In this document: one piece after another, positions 40,467-50,646 of the stretch
Layout of the letters: the number at the start of each line of letters is the position of its first letter
Numbering within the stretch: position 1 is the first letter of the stretch
NCBI GenBank assembly: GCA_038893355.1
Contig: JAWARQ010000003.1
Location: forward strand, 32,001 to 96,000
Reading direction: 5' to 3'
DNA length: 64,000 nt
From: Sulfolobaceae archaeon
Lineage (GTDB): Archaea; Thermoproteota; Thermoprotei_A; Sulfolobales; Sulfolobaceae
The notes under the pieces: generated by a model
The model's database searches: none
What the model saw: the letters and a program-made list of their open reading frames with translations, nothing else
Told to the model about the DNA's origin: nothing
Program-made: the position numbers and the translations under genes

Positions 40467-41569
40467 GAGTAGGTATAATAGGTGCGGGAATTACAGGCTT
40501 ATTTATTGCCTACTACCTAAAAAGGGAAGGAATAAAGGAAATAACGATATTCGAAAAAGGAAAAGTAGGAGAGGGTTCAGTTCATGCAGCAGGATTAATT
40601 GAACCATTTAGATTTGATAAGATAAATTCAAATTCGATGATCATTAAAATGATTAAATATTCATTAAATGGTAATACTCTGATTAAGGAGTTTGATAAAA
40701 AGTGGTTGGAAGAATTAATAAAATCTCTAAATAAAGATCCACCATTAGATGCATGGGAAAGGGTAAATTGGATGGCTAGATTCTCATTGAGGGAATATAA
40801 AAGATTTGCTGAAGAGAAAAACGATTTTGATTATTCAGAATCGGGAATTGCTGAAGTTTATAAGAGTTATGCAGAATTGGAGAGGGGAATAGAAGAAGAA
40901 GAGAAGAGTCCATTTAAACCTAAATTCGAGATAGTTGAAATTAAGGGATTTGCGGGTGGAATATATTTCCCAGAACTGGCTAAACTTAATACAGAAAAGT
41001 TTATAAATAGAATAAAAACTGAATTAAATAATAATATTAATATTATAAATAAAACAGTAGTAAATGTTACAAGGGAAGGAAAGGTTCATATAGAAGATGG
41101 AAAAATCTATGAATTTGACGAGATTGTAGTATCTGCAGGGATATGGTGTAGGAGATACGTACCAGTAACATCCTTTAAAGGATATGGCATCTATGTAAAA
41201 GGTAGTGAAATTAAACTAGATTATCCAGTAGTACTTGCTGAGTTAGGAATAGCAATTGTGAAAAACTCTGACCATGTTAAACTAACTTTTGGATTTGATG
41301 CTGATTTTTCCACTAAAATCAGAGATTATAGTTACGTTTTAAAAAATTCCTCAAAACTAGTTAAAATTGAAGAAATCTTAGAGATAAAACTTGGATTTAG
41401 ACCTTGTTCACCAGACGGATTCCCTATTATAGCTAAGAAAGAAAATATGACTATCGCAACTGGTGCATGTAGATTGGGCTGGAGCTTTGCCCCAGCAATA
41501 GGTAAGATGGCTACGGATTTGGTACTAAATAGAGTAAAGGATTATGGATATCTATCTAGATATTTTTGA
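40463..41569 (+). CDS. FAD-dependent D-amino-acid dehydrogenase/oxidase family protein
   Basis: GAGITG, SVHAAG, GFRPCSPDGFP and GWSFAP. Confidence 0.88.
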   Translation: MRVGIIGAGITGLFIAYYLKREGIKEITIFEKGKVGEGSVHAAGLIEPFRFDKINSNSMIIKMIKYSLNGNTLIKEFDKKWLEELIKSLNKDPPLDAWERVNWMARFSLREYKRFAEEKNDFDYSESGIAEVYKSYAELERGIEEEEKSPFKPKFEIVEIKGFAGGIYFPELAKLNTEKFINRIKTELNNNINIINKTVVNVTREGKVHIEDGKIYEFDEIVVSAGIWCRRYVPVTSFKGYGIYVKGSEIKLDYPVVLAELGIAIVKNSDHVKLTFGFDADFSTKIRDYSYVLKNSSKLVKIEEILEIKLGFRPCSPDGFPIIAKKENMTIATGACRLGWSFAPAIGKMATDLVLNRVKDYGYLSRYF

Positions 41570-41605
41570 TTAAATGTTAATACTTCATAAACATTAATAA
41601 CTAAT

Positions 41606-42106
41606 GTGTCTCAAACACCTATAGATATTCAGAAGACATTAATTGAGGTAAAGGTTAGATTATTGCAAGGACTACATGATGAAGGATTTAGATTATTGGA
41701 CTCTATAAAGGATAAAATAGATTTAAATCAGCATAATTGGTTGCTCTGCAATATTATTGATATTGGTGAATGTGATGTAATATTGAAATTTCTGGAAAAG
41801 TTTGGCGAATTATTTAATCTAGCCAGATGCAAAAATTTAAAAAGATTAGTAATATGTAGTATTTTAAATAATGGAAATATTAGTAAATATCTAGAAATTG
41901 CGATAAACGAAATTATTAGACGAGGTGAGGAAAATGTTATTTTCGACATAATAGTCCAAACCATATCAGAAAATGAAAAAATTAATTATAATAACTTATT
42001 AAAAATAGCAGAGTCTTATAAGTTACTAGGATTTTATAATAGATACACCCAATTAATTGATATTGCATGTAGAAGTGGAATAAAAGAATTATGCAAAAAA
42101 ATTTAA
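41606..42106 (+). CDS. DUF1955 helical-repeat protein (ST1625-like)
   Basis: NWLLCNIID, FNLARCKNLK and ACRSGIKELC. Confidence 0.8.
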   Translation: MSQTPIDIQKTLIEVKVRLLQGLHDEGFRLLDSIKDKIDLNQHNWLLCNIIDIGECDVILKFLEKFGELFNLARCKNLKRLVICSILNNGNISKYLEIAINEIIRRGEENVIFDIIVQTISENEKINYNNLLKIAESYKLLGFYNRYTQLIDIACRSGIKELCKKI

Positions 42107-42109
42107 AAT

Positions 42110-42739
42110 CTATATATAATTTAATAATTCGCATAAATTTTCTATAATCTTTAACCTAGTAAAATTTCTTAAATCATTGCTAACTATCTTATCATTTTTT
42201 AAAATAAAAATCATTGCTAAACCGGCAGAATGATATGCTAATAAATCATTTATAGTATCACCTACACCTATTACTTCATTAGGTCTTAAACCCATTTTAC
42301 TTATAGCCATAAGGATAGGAAAAGGATCGGGTTTTCCCTTTTCTACGTCATCACCAGCAATTAAGATCTCTGGAAGATATCCTAGAATTTTAAGCGTCTC
42401 TATAGCTGCAGCTCTACTAGACGATGTCACAACAGCTATCTTTAAGCCTTTACTCATTATATGATTAATAACTTCTATACTACATCTTACTGGTTTAGCA
42501 TATTTCCAAACAATTTCCTTGAATATCTGTGTTTTTCTCTCTGCTAAAATTCTTGCATTTTCCTTCCCAGCTATAATTTCTGCTATTTCAATAGTTCTTA
42601 ATCCGAATAAATTTTTTATATCTATTTCTCCTCTCAATTTAATTCCAAGCTCTTCTAATGCAATGTACCATGCCTTAAGGTGTGCAATTTCTGCATCTAC
42701 TAGCGTTCCATCAAGATCAAATATTACACCTCTAATCAT
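42110..42739 (-). CDS. HAD-superfamily phosphatase
   Basis: FDLDGTLVD, VTSS, KPDP and GDTIND. Confidence 0.93.
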   Translation of the reverse strand: MIRGVIFDLDGTLVDAEIAHLKAWYIALEELGIKLRGEIDIKNLFGLRTIEIAEIIAGKENARILAERKTQIFKEIVWKYAKPVRCSIEVINHIMSKGLKIAVVTSSSRAAAIETLKILGYLPEILIAGDDVEKGKPDPFPILMAISKMGLRPNEVIGVGDTINDLLAYHSAGLAMIFILKNDKIVSNDLRNFTRLKIIENLCELLNYI

Positions 42740-43694
42740 CTTCTACACCTAATAGATCAAGAATTATTTTAATTGCCTTCTCGGTACCACTATTTATCAC
42801 TTTCGGTTCTTTTACACTCTCTATAGCTTCTATAATTAATTCGCTATTCTCCCAATCTGCAGGGTCATCAAGGAATAATGCGCCTAAAACCTCTGCATAT
42901 TTTTTAGAATCTTGATATGTTGCGGCTCTAATCCAATCTCTATTATAAACTATTATTGTGGGTTTTCTATACATAACTACGGCCTCCATTGCAGTTTTTC
43001 CTTGATGGGTTATTACTAGCTTAGAATTTGCGATCCATTTCTCCAGATCACTATCAAAGCTGAATGCAATAATTCCTGCAGTTCTATAAGGTTCTGGATT
43101 TACCTTACCAGTTTGAATAACAATCTTATCTTTTATTCTTACAGTTAAGAATATATCGAATAATCTCTTAAAACCATAACTCCCTGCAGTTACTAAAATA
43201 TATTCGCCATCCTTAGGTTCATATTTTGGTTTTTCAACTATTGGGCCAACTACTATACCGTTTTTATATAATCTCTTTTGCTCTTCCCAATGTAAAAAGA
43301 TATACTTTGCATAATATGATATAATACTAATTGCTTTTCCTTTAGTAAAGAATCTGTCTTGGCTCTCTATTCCTATTATTTTTGAACCTTTTAATTTTTG
43401 AAAAAGAGACGGTAGAATAGAGTGATTAGAACCTGTGGCAATAGTTAATGTATACTTACTTAATCCAGCGCTTTGAAAAAGAGAATGAAGAAAACCTCTT
43501 ATTGAAGTTTTTCCTTCAGGATCCCTCCATTTAGGAATCTCAAATATCTTGTTAGAAATATTTTTTAACATATCTTTCGAAAAATTATCACCTTTAGGTA
43601 TAACATAATCAGCCTTAAATGGTAAGCTAGTTCCAATTGCACGTGCAAAACCCGTATGACCTCCACCACTAGCTATTATTAATAACTTTCTCAA
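42732..43694 (-). CDS. agl24: Alg14-Alg13-like GlcNAc transferase of N-glycosylation (Agl24-like)
   Basis: SGGGH, ATGS, IESQDR, VTAGS and IQTG; adjacent to thrS, as recalled for S. acidocaldarius. Confidence 0.8.
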   Translation of the reverse strand: MRKLLIIASGGGHTGFARAIGTSLPFKADYVIPKGDNFSKDMLKNISNKIFEIPKWRDPEGKTSIRGFLHSLFQSAGLSKYTLTIATGSNHSILPSLFQKLKGSKIIGIESQDRFFTKGKAISIISYYAKYIFLHWEEQKRLYKNGIVVGPIVEKPKYEPKDGEYILVTAGSYGFKRLFDIFLTVRIKDKIVIQTGKVNPEPYRTAGIIAFSFDSDLEKWIANSKLVITHQGKTAMEAVVMYRKPTIIVYNRDWIRAATYQDSKKYAEVLGALFLDDPADWENSELIIEAIESVKEPKVINSGTEKAIKIILDLLGVEDD

Positions 43695-43724
43695 CGAAAC
43701 GTTATATATTACTGGGAGTAAAAA

Positions 43725-45377
43725 ATGCTAAGCATGAATTTCGATAATTATAAACCACTCTGGCTTAAGGCTGGAATACTGTTTGCACTAGAATTAGTTG
43801 ATAAAGGTTATAAGCCAGTTGAAGTAGGACTAGGTGAAAGGGATTTTTATGTTGATATAGAAAGTAACACATCTATAACCTTAGATAAATTAAAAAATAT
43901 TAAATTAACCCCAAAGAAGTTCTCGATAAATGAAAATAATGAGGTAGAATATAATTCAGTAAAGATAAGGATAAGAGAAAGTATTAAACCTTCGACTATT
44001 GATCCTAGCTATATAGAAATCTTAAATATATCAACTCATCATCCAGATCCACAAGTTCAATATGTTAGGATTCGTGGAGTTGGATTCTCTACAGAGGAGG
44101 AATTAAAGAAGTATCTAGAATGGTTAGAAGAAGTAACAGAAATAGATCATAGGGTATTTGGCGAAAAGTTAGATTTATTTAGTTTTCATGAGGAGATAGG
44201 CCCAGGTATAGTGCTATTTCATCCTAATGGCCAAATTATAAGGAAGGAATTAATCAAATACATGGAGGAAATTAATCAATCTTTAGGATATCAGGAAGTT
44301 TATACTTCACATGTTATGAGAAGCGTATTATGGAAAATAAGCGGACATTATAATCTTTATAGAGATAAAATGTTAATATTTAAACATGAAGATGAGGAAT
44401 TAGGAGTAAAGCCAATGAATTGCCCAGCCCATATACTAATTTATAAGTCACGAACTAGGAGTTATAAGGATTTACCAATAAGATTCTCTGAATTTGGACA
44501 TGTATATAGGTGGGAAAAGAAAGGTGAGCTTTATGGTTTATTAAGAGTAAGGGGCTTCGTACAAGACGATGGCCATATATTCCTTAGGGAAGATCAATTA
44601 AAGGATGAAATAAAATTACTAATATCTAAGGTTATAGAAGTATTATCGAAATTCGGATTCCGTGGGGATGATATAAAAATTAACTTAAGTACTAGACCAG
44701 ATGAGAGCATAGGAACAGATGAGCAATGGGAAAAAGCTACTACTGCATTAGAACAGGCTCTTAAAGAACTCAATTTGAATTATCAAATTAAAGAAAAAGA
44801 GGGTGCGTTTTATGGACCTAAAATAGATTTTGAAATAAGAGATAGTTTAGGTAGATGGTGGCAGTTATCAACCATACAAGTAGACTTTAACTTACCAGAG
44901 AGGTTTAAGTTAGAGTATATAGACAAAGATGGAAACCCAAAACGGCCAGTGATGGTTCATAGGGCAATTTACGGATCTATAGATAGATTTATGGCGATAT
45001 TGATAGAGCACTTTAGAGGAAAACTACCTACTTGGTTGTGCCCCATTCAAGTAAGGATAATCCCAGTGAGTAAAGATAATATTGAATACGCTAATAAGAT
45101 ATTTGAAGCTTTAAGAAGAGAAGGAATAAGGGCAGATATTGATTCTGAAGAGGAAACTCTCTCTAAAAGGATTAAGAATGCCTATGATAAGGGTATTCCA
45201 TACATAATTATAGTGGGAAGAAGAGAAGAAGAATTATCAAAAATTACGATAAGAGCAAGGGGTAATATTGAAATTAAAAACGTAAGCCTCGAAAACTTCA
45301 TAAGAGAATTAACATATGAAATTAAGAATAGAGAAATAAAGCATGTTGCAGTAGAAAAGTTAATGAAGGCAAAATAG
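43725..45377 (+). CDS. thrS: Threonyl-tRNA synthetase catalytic subunit (lacks editing domain)
   Basis: [25 protein letters not shown] and VHRA. Confidence 0.96.
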   Translation: MLSMNFDNYKPLWLKAGILFALELVDKGYKPVEVGLGERDFYVDIESNTSITLDKLKNIKLTPKKFSINENNEVEYNSVKIRIRESIKPSTIDPSYIEILNISTHHPDPQVQYVRIRGVGFSTEEELKKYLEWLEEVTEIDHRVFGEKLDLFSFHEEIGPGIVLFHPNGQIIRKELIKYMEEINQSLGYQEVYTSHVMRSVLWKISGHYNLYRDKMLIFKHEDEELGVKPMNCPAHILIYKSRTRSYKDLPIRFSEFGHVYRWEKKGELYGLLRVRGFVQDDGHIFLREDQLKDEIKLLISKVIEVLSKFGFRGDDIKINLSTRPDESIGTDEQWEKATTALEQALKELNLNYQIKEKEGAFYGPKIDFEIRDSLGRWWQLSTIQVDFNLPERFKLEYIDKDGNPKRPVMVHRAIYGSIDRFMAILIEHFRGKLPTWLCPIQVRIIPVSKDNIEYANKIFEALRREGIRADIDSEEETLSKRIKNAYDKGIPYIIIVGRREEELSKITIRARGNIEIKNVSLENFIRELTYEIKNREIKHVAVEKLMKAK

Positions 45378-45399
45378 TATATAAAATTTGAGAAGAAAA

Positions 45400-45852
45400 A
45401 TGTTAATTTATGGCTTATATAATAGCCCTTTCGGGGAAATAACTGTTGCAAAAACTGAAAAAGGGTTTGTAATGCTAGATTTTTGTAATTGTGTTGAAAA
45501 GGATCTTCGTGATGATTCACAGTTTTCGGATTTCTTTTATAAATTAGATAAATATTTTAGTGGTGAAAAAGTGGATTTAACGGAACCTATAGATATTTTT
45601 ACTAATAATTTTAGACTTAGTGTATATAAAGAAGTAATGAAAATAAAGTGGGGCACTGTAAAAACTTATGGTGAAATAGCAAAGATCCTTAAGACTTCTC
45701 CAAGAGCGATTGGTGTTGCATTATCTAAAAACCCCCTACTATTAATAATACCCTGTCACAGAGTAATTGGAGAAAATGATATTGGTGGTTATAAGAGAGG
45801 AAAGGAATTAAAGAGAAAACTACTTCAACTAGAGGGAATAATTAAGGATTAA
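45400..45852 (+). CDS. ogt: O6-alkylguanine DNA alkyltransferase
   Basis: SPRAIG and IPCHRV. Confidence 0.95.
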   Translation: MLIYGLYNSPFGEITVAKTEKGFVMLDFCNCVEKDLRDDSQFSDFFYKLDKYFSGEKVDLTEPIDIFTNNFRLSVYKEVMKIKWGTVKTYGEIAKILKTSPRAIGVALSKNPLLLIIPCHRVIGENDIGGYKRGKELKRKLLQLEGIIKD

Positions 45853-46261
45853 GAACTGTCCTTGCCTTAGATACAACCTTCATTTCCTTTAATTTCTCCA
45901 TAAGTCTAAAGTAATACTCTTCAACAATATCTAATCTAACAAAGTTCTTGGTCCAATCAATGTAGTTACCTTCTAAGTCTATGAATAATTTCAACCTACC
46001 TATAGCATATTTCGTATTCACACTATAAAGGTTATTAGTTATCTCCGTACTGGCATAAGCGTTTATACATTCAAGGTAACTATTTCCAATGTCATATACT
46101 GTAGAATCTGGCTTCATATATTCTAATGCGACCTCAAGCTTTGCTTTTTCGATTATATCCTTAAAGTTCTTAGGGTACTGAATGCAATATGACATCACTT
46201 CAATTCTCCAATGCAATAGTCGCTTTACTTTATTAGCTTCTAAAACTCTTAGTCTCCTCAT
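45842..46261 (-). CDS. Hypothetical protein
   Basis: 139-aa ORF with ATG start; no family recognised. Confidence 0.6.
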   Translation of the reverse strand: MRRLRVLEANKVKRLLHWRIEVMSYCIQYPKNFKDIIEKAKLEVALEYMKPDSTVYDIGNSYLECINAYASTEITNNLYSVNTKYAIGRLKLFIDLEGNYIDWTKNFVRLDIVEEYYFRLMEKLKEMKVVSKARTVLNP

Positions 46262-46316
46262 ATGAGAAATTTTCGGTGTCGTGGTATATAAATGCGTTGC
46301 AAATAGAATATAAGTA

Positions 46317-47564
46317 TTACGTTAAAATTGCGTTATTAAGCTTACTGTATGCATTAATTATCTTAGAAGGATAAATCTTTGAATTAATAATTTCACTACC
46401 TTCTCCAATAACTACATCATCCCCTAATACACTATTAATTATTTTAGTAGGCTTCGAAATTGAGGACCTAATCTCAACATGTCTACCTAATATAGAATTC
46501 TCTATTATTGCACCATCGCCAATATAATTTCTATCCATTATAGAACTCCTAATTATTCTTACTTTTTTACCTATAATCGTAAAGTTATCTATAGAGGATT
46601 CTTCAACATAAGTCCCACCACCTATTTGACAATGCCTTCCAATAAGAATAGAACCTTCAAAGTGCAATTCACCTCTTTGATACATTCTCTTTATTCTTTC
46701 TCTTCTCTTTTTAGAATCAGGACTAGTACCTTGGACAAAAATCCTTCGATCTTTATCTATTCTTGTAGCATTGATGTCCTTATCATCTAAAGTATCAAGT
46801 AAGGTTTTCATAGCTTCAAGATATCTTTCTGGAGTACCAACATCAAACCATATATCCTTAGTTATATACGCCCTTATCTCATAACCTTTCTTAAGGAGAT
46901 ACGGAATTATATCCTTACCAAAATCTCCCTTACCAACTTTGAACATTTCTTTAACCTCACTAGAACTAAATATTTCTCTAATTTTTGGATTAATAATATA
47001 AATTCCTGTATTTACTAAGTTTGATGGTGCTAAATGTCTAGGAGGCTTTTCTATAAAATTTATTATCCTATCACCTTGAAGCTCTGCAACTCCAAATTCT
47101 TCAACATTCTCGACTTCTTTTAAGACTATTGTCATAATTGCACCAGACGATTTATGAAACTCAAATGCCTTCCTAAAGTCTAATTTAAATATGTTATCTC
47201 CTTGGATAACTACAAAATCTTCCCTTATATCATAATACTCCAGATTTATAAACACTGAATGTGCATTACCAACACTATCAATCCTAGGCTGATATTTAAA
47301 ATGAAGTCTAGGCTTTATCTTATATCTGGCTGAAAATCCTATTCCTTCCTTAAAAGTATCAAATAAAGAGCGATAATTAATATATCCCCTAACCCCGAAG
47401 ATAAATTCTCTAAAGCCTTGCTTTGCCATTTCTAAAATTGGAAATTCCAATAATGGCCTATTTAAAATCCTTACGGTGGCCTTAGAAGTAGTAACTGTTA
47501 ATGGCCTTAGCCTCGTAGCTTCACCGCCTATCGGAATTATTACTTTAGTTGAAGGATTACTCAT
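46317..47564 (-). CDS. NDP-sugar synthase (glucose-1-phosphate nucleotidyltransferase of glycogen cluster)
   Basis: GGEATRLRPLT, QGDN, FIEKP, DFGKDIIP, WFDVG and beta-helix tail; likely start 47564. Confidence 0.9.
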   Translation of the reverse strand: MSNPSTKVIIPIGGEATRLRPLTVTTSKATVRILNRPLLEFPILEMAKQGFREFIFGVRGYINYRSLFDTFKEGIGFSARYKIKPRLHFKYQPRIDSVGNAHSVFINLEYYDIREDFVVIQGDNIFKLDFRKAFEFHKSSGAIMTIVLKEVENVEEFGVAELQGDRIINFIEKPPRHLAPSNLVNTGIYIINPKIREIFSSSEVKEMFKVGKGDFGKDIIPYLLKKGYEIRAYITKDIWFDVGTPERYLEAMKTLLDTLDDKDINATRIDKDRRIFVQGTSPDSKKRRERIKRMYQRGELHFEGSILIGRHCQIGGGTYVEESSIDNFTIIGKKVRIIRSSIMDRNYIGDGAIIENSILGRHVEIRSSISKPTKIINSVLGDDVVIGEGSEIINSKIYPSKIINAYSKLNNAILT

Positions 47565-47597
47565 ATTATAAATTCTGAAATTTAACAAATATAGTTT

Positions 47598-48908
47598 ATG
47601 GTAGAAGAAATAATAATAGGCTTTGAGGTTCATCAGCCGTTTAGAATAAGGAAAGATGCTTTTTGGAAACCTAGATTTAGAGGAAACCTTTTAGATAAAT
47701 ACTTTGATAATTCATTAAATAGAGAGGTATTTGAGAGAGCACTTAAAAAATGCTATCTGCCCGCTACTAAAATTATCATGAGAAATATTGAAGAGGGAGA
47801 AAAGGAGGGTAAAGAGTACAAGTTCTTTTATTCGATTTCTGGAACTTTCTTAGAACAGGCAGAAAAATGGGGTAAGGAATTAATTGAATTATTTAAACAA
47901 CTAGCAAGTACAAAGAAAATTGAATTTTTAGCACAAACATACTACCATTCAATAACTTCTCTTTGGCCCGATAAATCTGAATGGAGAGATCAGATAAGGG
48001 AACATGTTCAAGTCATAAAGGATGTAATAGGATTTACTCCAATAACCTTTGAGAATACAGAATTACTTACAAGTAATGAAATTATAGATGAAGTTGAAAA
48101 TCTAGGATTTAAGGTTATGATAGCTGAAGGAAGGGATTATGACCCTAATAAAATATATAAAAGAAAAAAAGTTACAATTTTATTAAGAAATTATAGACTT
48201 AGTGATGATATAGCATTTAGATTCTCTTTGAGAACATGGGATCAATATCCATTAACTGCAAGGAAGTTTGCAGAATGGATTAAGAGTTCTATAGGTAATT
48301 TAGTACTAATATTCGTAGATTATGAAACCTTTGGAGAGCATCACTGGCCTGAAACTGGAATTTTGGATTTCTTAGATTGGTTGCCAAAGGAACTTAGTCA
48401 GAAAGGTATAAAAATGAAACTTCCAATGGAATATGCCGAAATTAATGGGGAAGAAATATCTTTTAAAACAATAGTTTCATGGGCGGATATAGAAAAAGAT
48501 CAGTCAAGTTGGTTAGGAAATCAACTACAATATGCATATGATGAGGCAGTAAGAAGGGCAGAAATGTTAGCAAAAGAATTAGGTGGAGAATTTCTTAAAG
48601 TATGGAGATATTTTACTACAAGTGACCATTATTATTATTTATATACTGGAAAAGAGAGTCCTATGGAGGTTCATTCATATTTCAGCCACTTTGAAAGCCC
48701 AATCCATGCATTTATTGATGAATTTTATTCTATAAATAGATTTACTGAGGAAATGTTAAGGTTGCTCAATATTAATAGAGAACCATTCTTTGTAGTAAAG
48801 GATGGTAGAGAGTTTGCTGTAATATGGAACGAGAAGCAGTATAATGAGATTTTAAAGAGGAATCCAGAGTTAAAATTTATAGAGAGGTACGTTAAAGATT
48901 GGCTTTAA
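47598..48908 (+). CDS. amyA: GH57 alpha-amylase
   Basis: EVHQP, NTEL, LSDDIAFRF, DYETFGEH and TSDHYY. Confidence 0.92.
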   Translation: MVEEIIIGFEVHQPFRIRKDAFWKPRFRGNLLDKYFDNSLNREVFERALKKCYLPATKIIMRNIEEGEKEGKEYKFFYSISGTFLEQAEKWGKELIELFKQLASTKKIEFLAQTYYHSITSLWPDKSEWRDQIREHVQVIKDVIGFTPITFENTELLTSNEIIDEVENLGFKVMIAEGRDYDPNKIYKRKKVTILLRNYRLSDDIAFRFSLRTWDQYPLTARKFAEWIKSSIGNLVLIFVDYETFGEHHWPETGILDFLDWLPKELSQKGIKMKLPMEYAEINGEEISFKTIVSWADIEKDQSSWLGNQLQYAYDEAVRRAEMLAKELGGEFLKVWRYFTTSDHYYYLYTGKESPMEVHSYFSHFESPIHAFIDEFYSINRFTEEMLRLLNINREPFFVVKDGREFAVIWNEKQYNEILKRNPELKFIERYVKDWL

Positions 48909-50602
48909 AGAGAATTCCTAGCTTACTCATACCCGATAGTATAGATAGTGTATGGATGTTAACGGTAGAATTGTGGAAGGTTGCGAGTGTTGGAGGGTTA
49001 GGAAAGGTCGTATATAATTTAGCTAGAGAACTCGCAAGACAGGGAATTGACGTAAAGGTAATAATGCCGTCACATGGAAGACATCTCAGTAGCGAGTATA
49101 GAAGTCTCCTAAATTTGAAGGAGATAAATATAACAGCGGAAGGTGAAAGAATAGGAGTCAATGGTCAATACTATCATTATAAATTAGGATTTGAGGAAGG
49201 AGGACTCGATGGGTTTAAAGTAGTCTTAGTTAAAGGATTAGATTATGAAACTGGTAAAATAATAGATAATTGGGTAATATATTCTGAAATTGAAGAAAAA
49301 GCTTCTTTATTTGCAAAAGCAGTAGAAATATATTCTCTACACTCAATACCGTCTAACATACCATCACTAATTCACATTCACGATTGGCATACTGTTTTAG
49401 CTGGAGTTAAGGCAAAACAAGTTTTTGAACTTAGGAGAATTATAATTCCATTAGTATTCTCCATACACTTAATAAATCAAAGAGGTTTTCCATGGCATTA
49501 CGCATCTGTGGAATGGTCCGGAATAAGAGATGAGTCGCATTACGTTTGGTTTCCGTTTAGACATGTGTTGAAATCTTATAGAGAAATTTGGGATGTATAT
49601 TCAAAAGGTGATATAGAGAAATTTGGGATGTATGAGAGTGATGTAATAGTTTCAGTTAGCAAAAGTTATTTAGAAGATGAAATCCTAAAGAGACTAGGAG
49701 ATTGGTATCGCGAAAAATGCTGTGTAGTATACAATGGAACTGACTGGTATTTAGATGATGTCCAGGCTTTATTGTATAGAGTATTTAACACAATTGATAG
49801 AAAAGTTATAAGAAAGAAAATATTAGAAAATTTATGGAGTATTAGAACCAGTATAGAAGATTATATTTCTGCAAAAATAGTATGGGATAATAGATGGAAA
49901 ATAGGTATTAGAGATGATTCAACAATAGAACCGTTATCTGACGGGAATTTGATATTATATGCAGGAAGAATATCCTATCAGAAAGGTCTTGATATATTGA
50001 TTAATTCATTCAAAAAAGTAGTAAAAATATTTCCTGATACTAAATTAATAATATTAGGAATACCTACTGGTGATTATACGTATTTGTATAATATTATAGA
50101 AATGATAAGGGATCTAAGAGTAAACGTAAGATTGATAATAGGCAAAATTGATGAGATAATTTATAAGGCATTATTCTATTCAGCTGACGCGTTAGTAGTA
50201 CCATCAAGGTGGGAGCCCTTTGGAATTGTTGCTATTGAAGCAATGGCACTAGGTACCCCAGTAATTGCTTCAAGAGTTGGGGGACTGAAAGAGATAGTAG
50301 TTGATATCAGAGAGGATAAGAAGAATGGAAATGGATTATTGGTCGGAAATAATGAGGAAGATCTAAGTAAGGGGATACTAACCTTATTAGCTCTATCGAA
50401 ATTTTATGATACTGGAGATGAAGAATATTTAAAGTTCTCAGAAATAAAAAATATAGAACGAAATTTTTGGGAAATGATTAGGGAGAATGCAATTAGAAGA
50501 GTAAATGAAAAATATAGATGGGAAATAATAGTTAAAGAACTAATAAATGTCTATAACAAAGCCTTAAAAATAGCCGAAAATAGGGCATTAGCATGGGGAT
50601 AA
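48899..50602 (+). CDS. glgA: Glycogen synthase
   Basis: VGGLG, HDWH, GRISYQKG and PSRWEPFG. Confidence 0.92.
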   Translation: MALKRIPSLLIPDSIDSVWMLTVELWKVASVGGLGKVVYNLARELARQGIDVKVIMPSHGRHLSSEYRSLLNLKEINITAEGERIGVNGQYYHYKLGFEEGGLDGFKVVLVKGLDYETGKIIDNWVIYSEIEEKASLFAKAVEIYSLHSIPSNIPSLIHIHDWHTVLAGVKAKQVFELRRIIIPLVFSIHLINQRGFPWHYASVEWSGIRDESHYVWFPFRHVLKSYREIWDVYSKGDIEKFGMYESDVIVSVSKSYLEDEILKRLGDWYREKCCVVYNGTDWYLDDVQALLYRVFNTIDRKVIRKKILENLWSIRTSIEDYISAKIVWDNRWKIGIRDDSTIEPLSDGNLILYAGRISYQKGLDILINSFKKVVKIFPDTKLIILGIPTGDYTYLYNIIEMIRDLRVNVRLIIGKIDEIIYKALFYSADALVVPSRWEPFGIVAIEAMALGTPVIASRVGGLKEIVVDIREDKKNGNGLLVGNNEEDLSKGILTLLALSKFYDTGDEEYLKFSEIKNIERNFWEMIRENAIRRVNEKYRWEIIVKELINVYNKALKIAENRALAWG

Positions 50603-50646
50603 CATTTATAATCAATTAAATTATAATAAAAATATATAATCTTTAA

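Noticed and set aside
43725-45377. Short ThrRS lacking an editing domain as a defect
   Set aside because: Crenarchaeal ThrRS is known to be split into catalytic and free-standing editing proteins.
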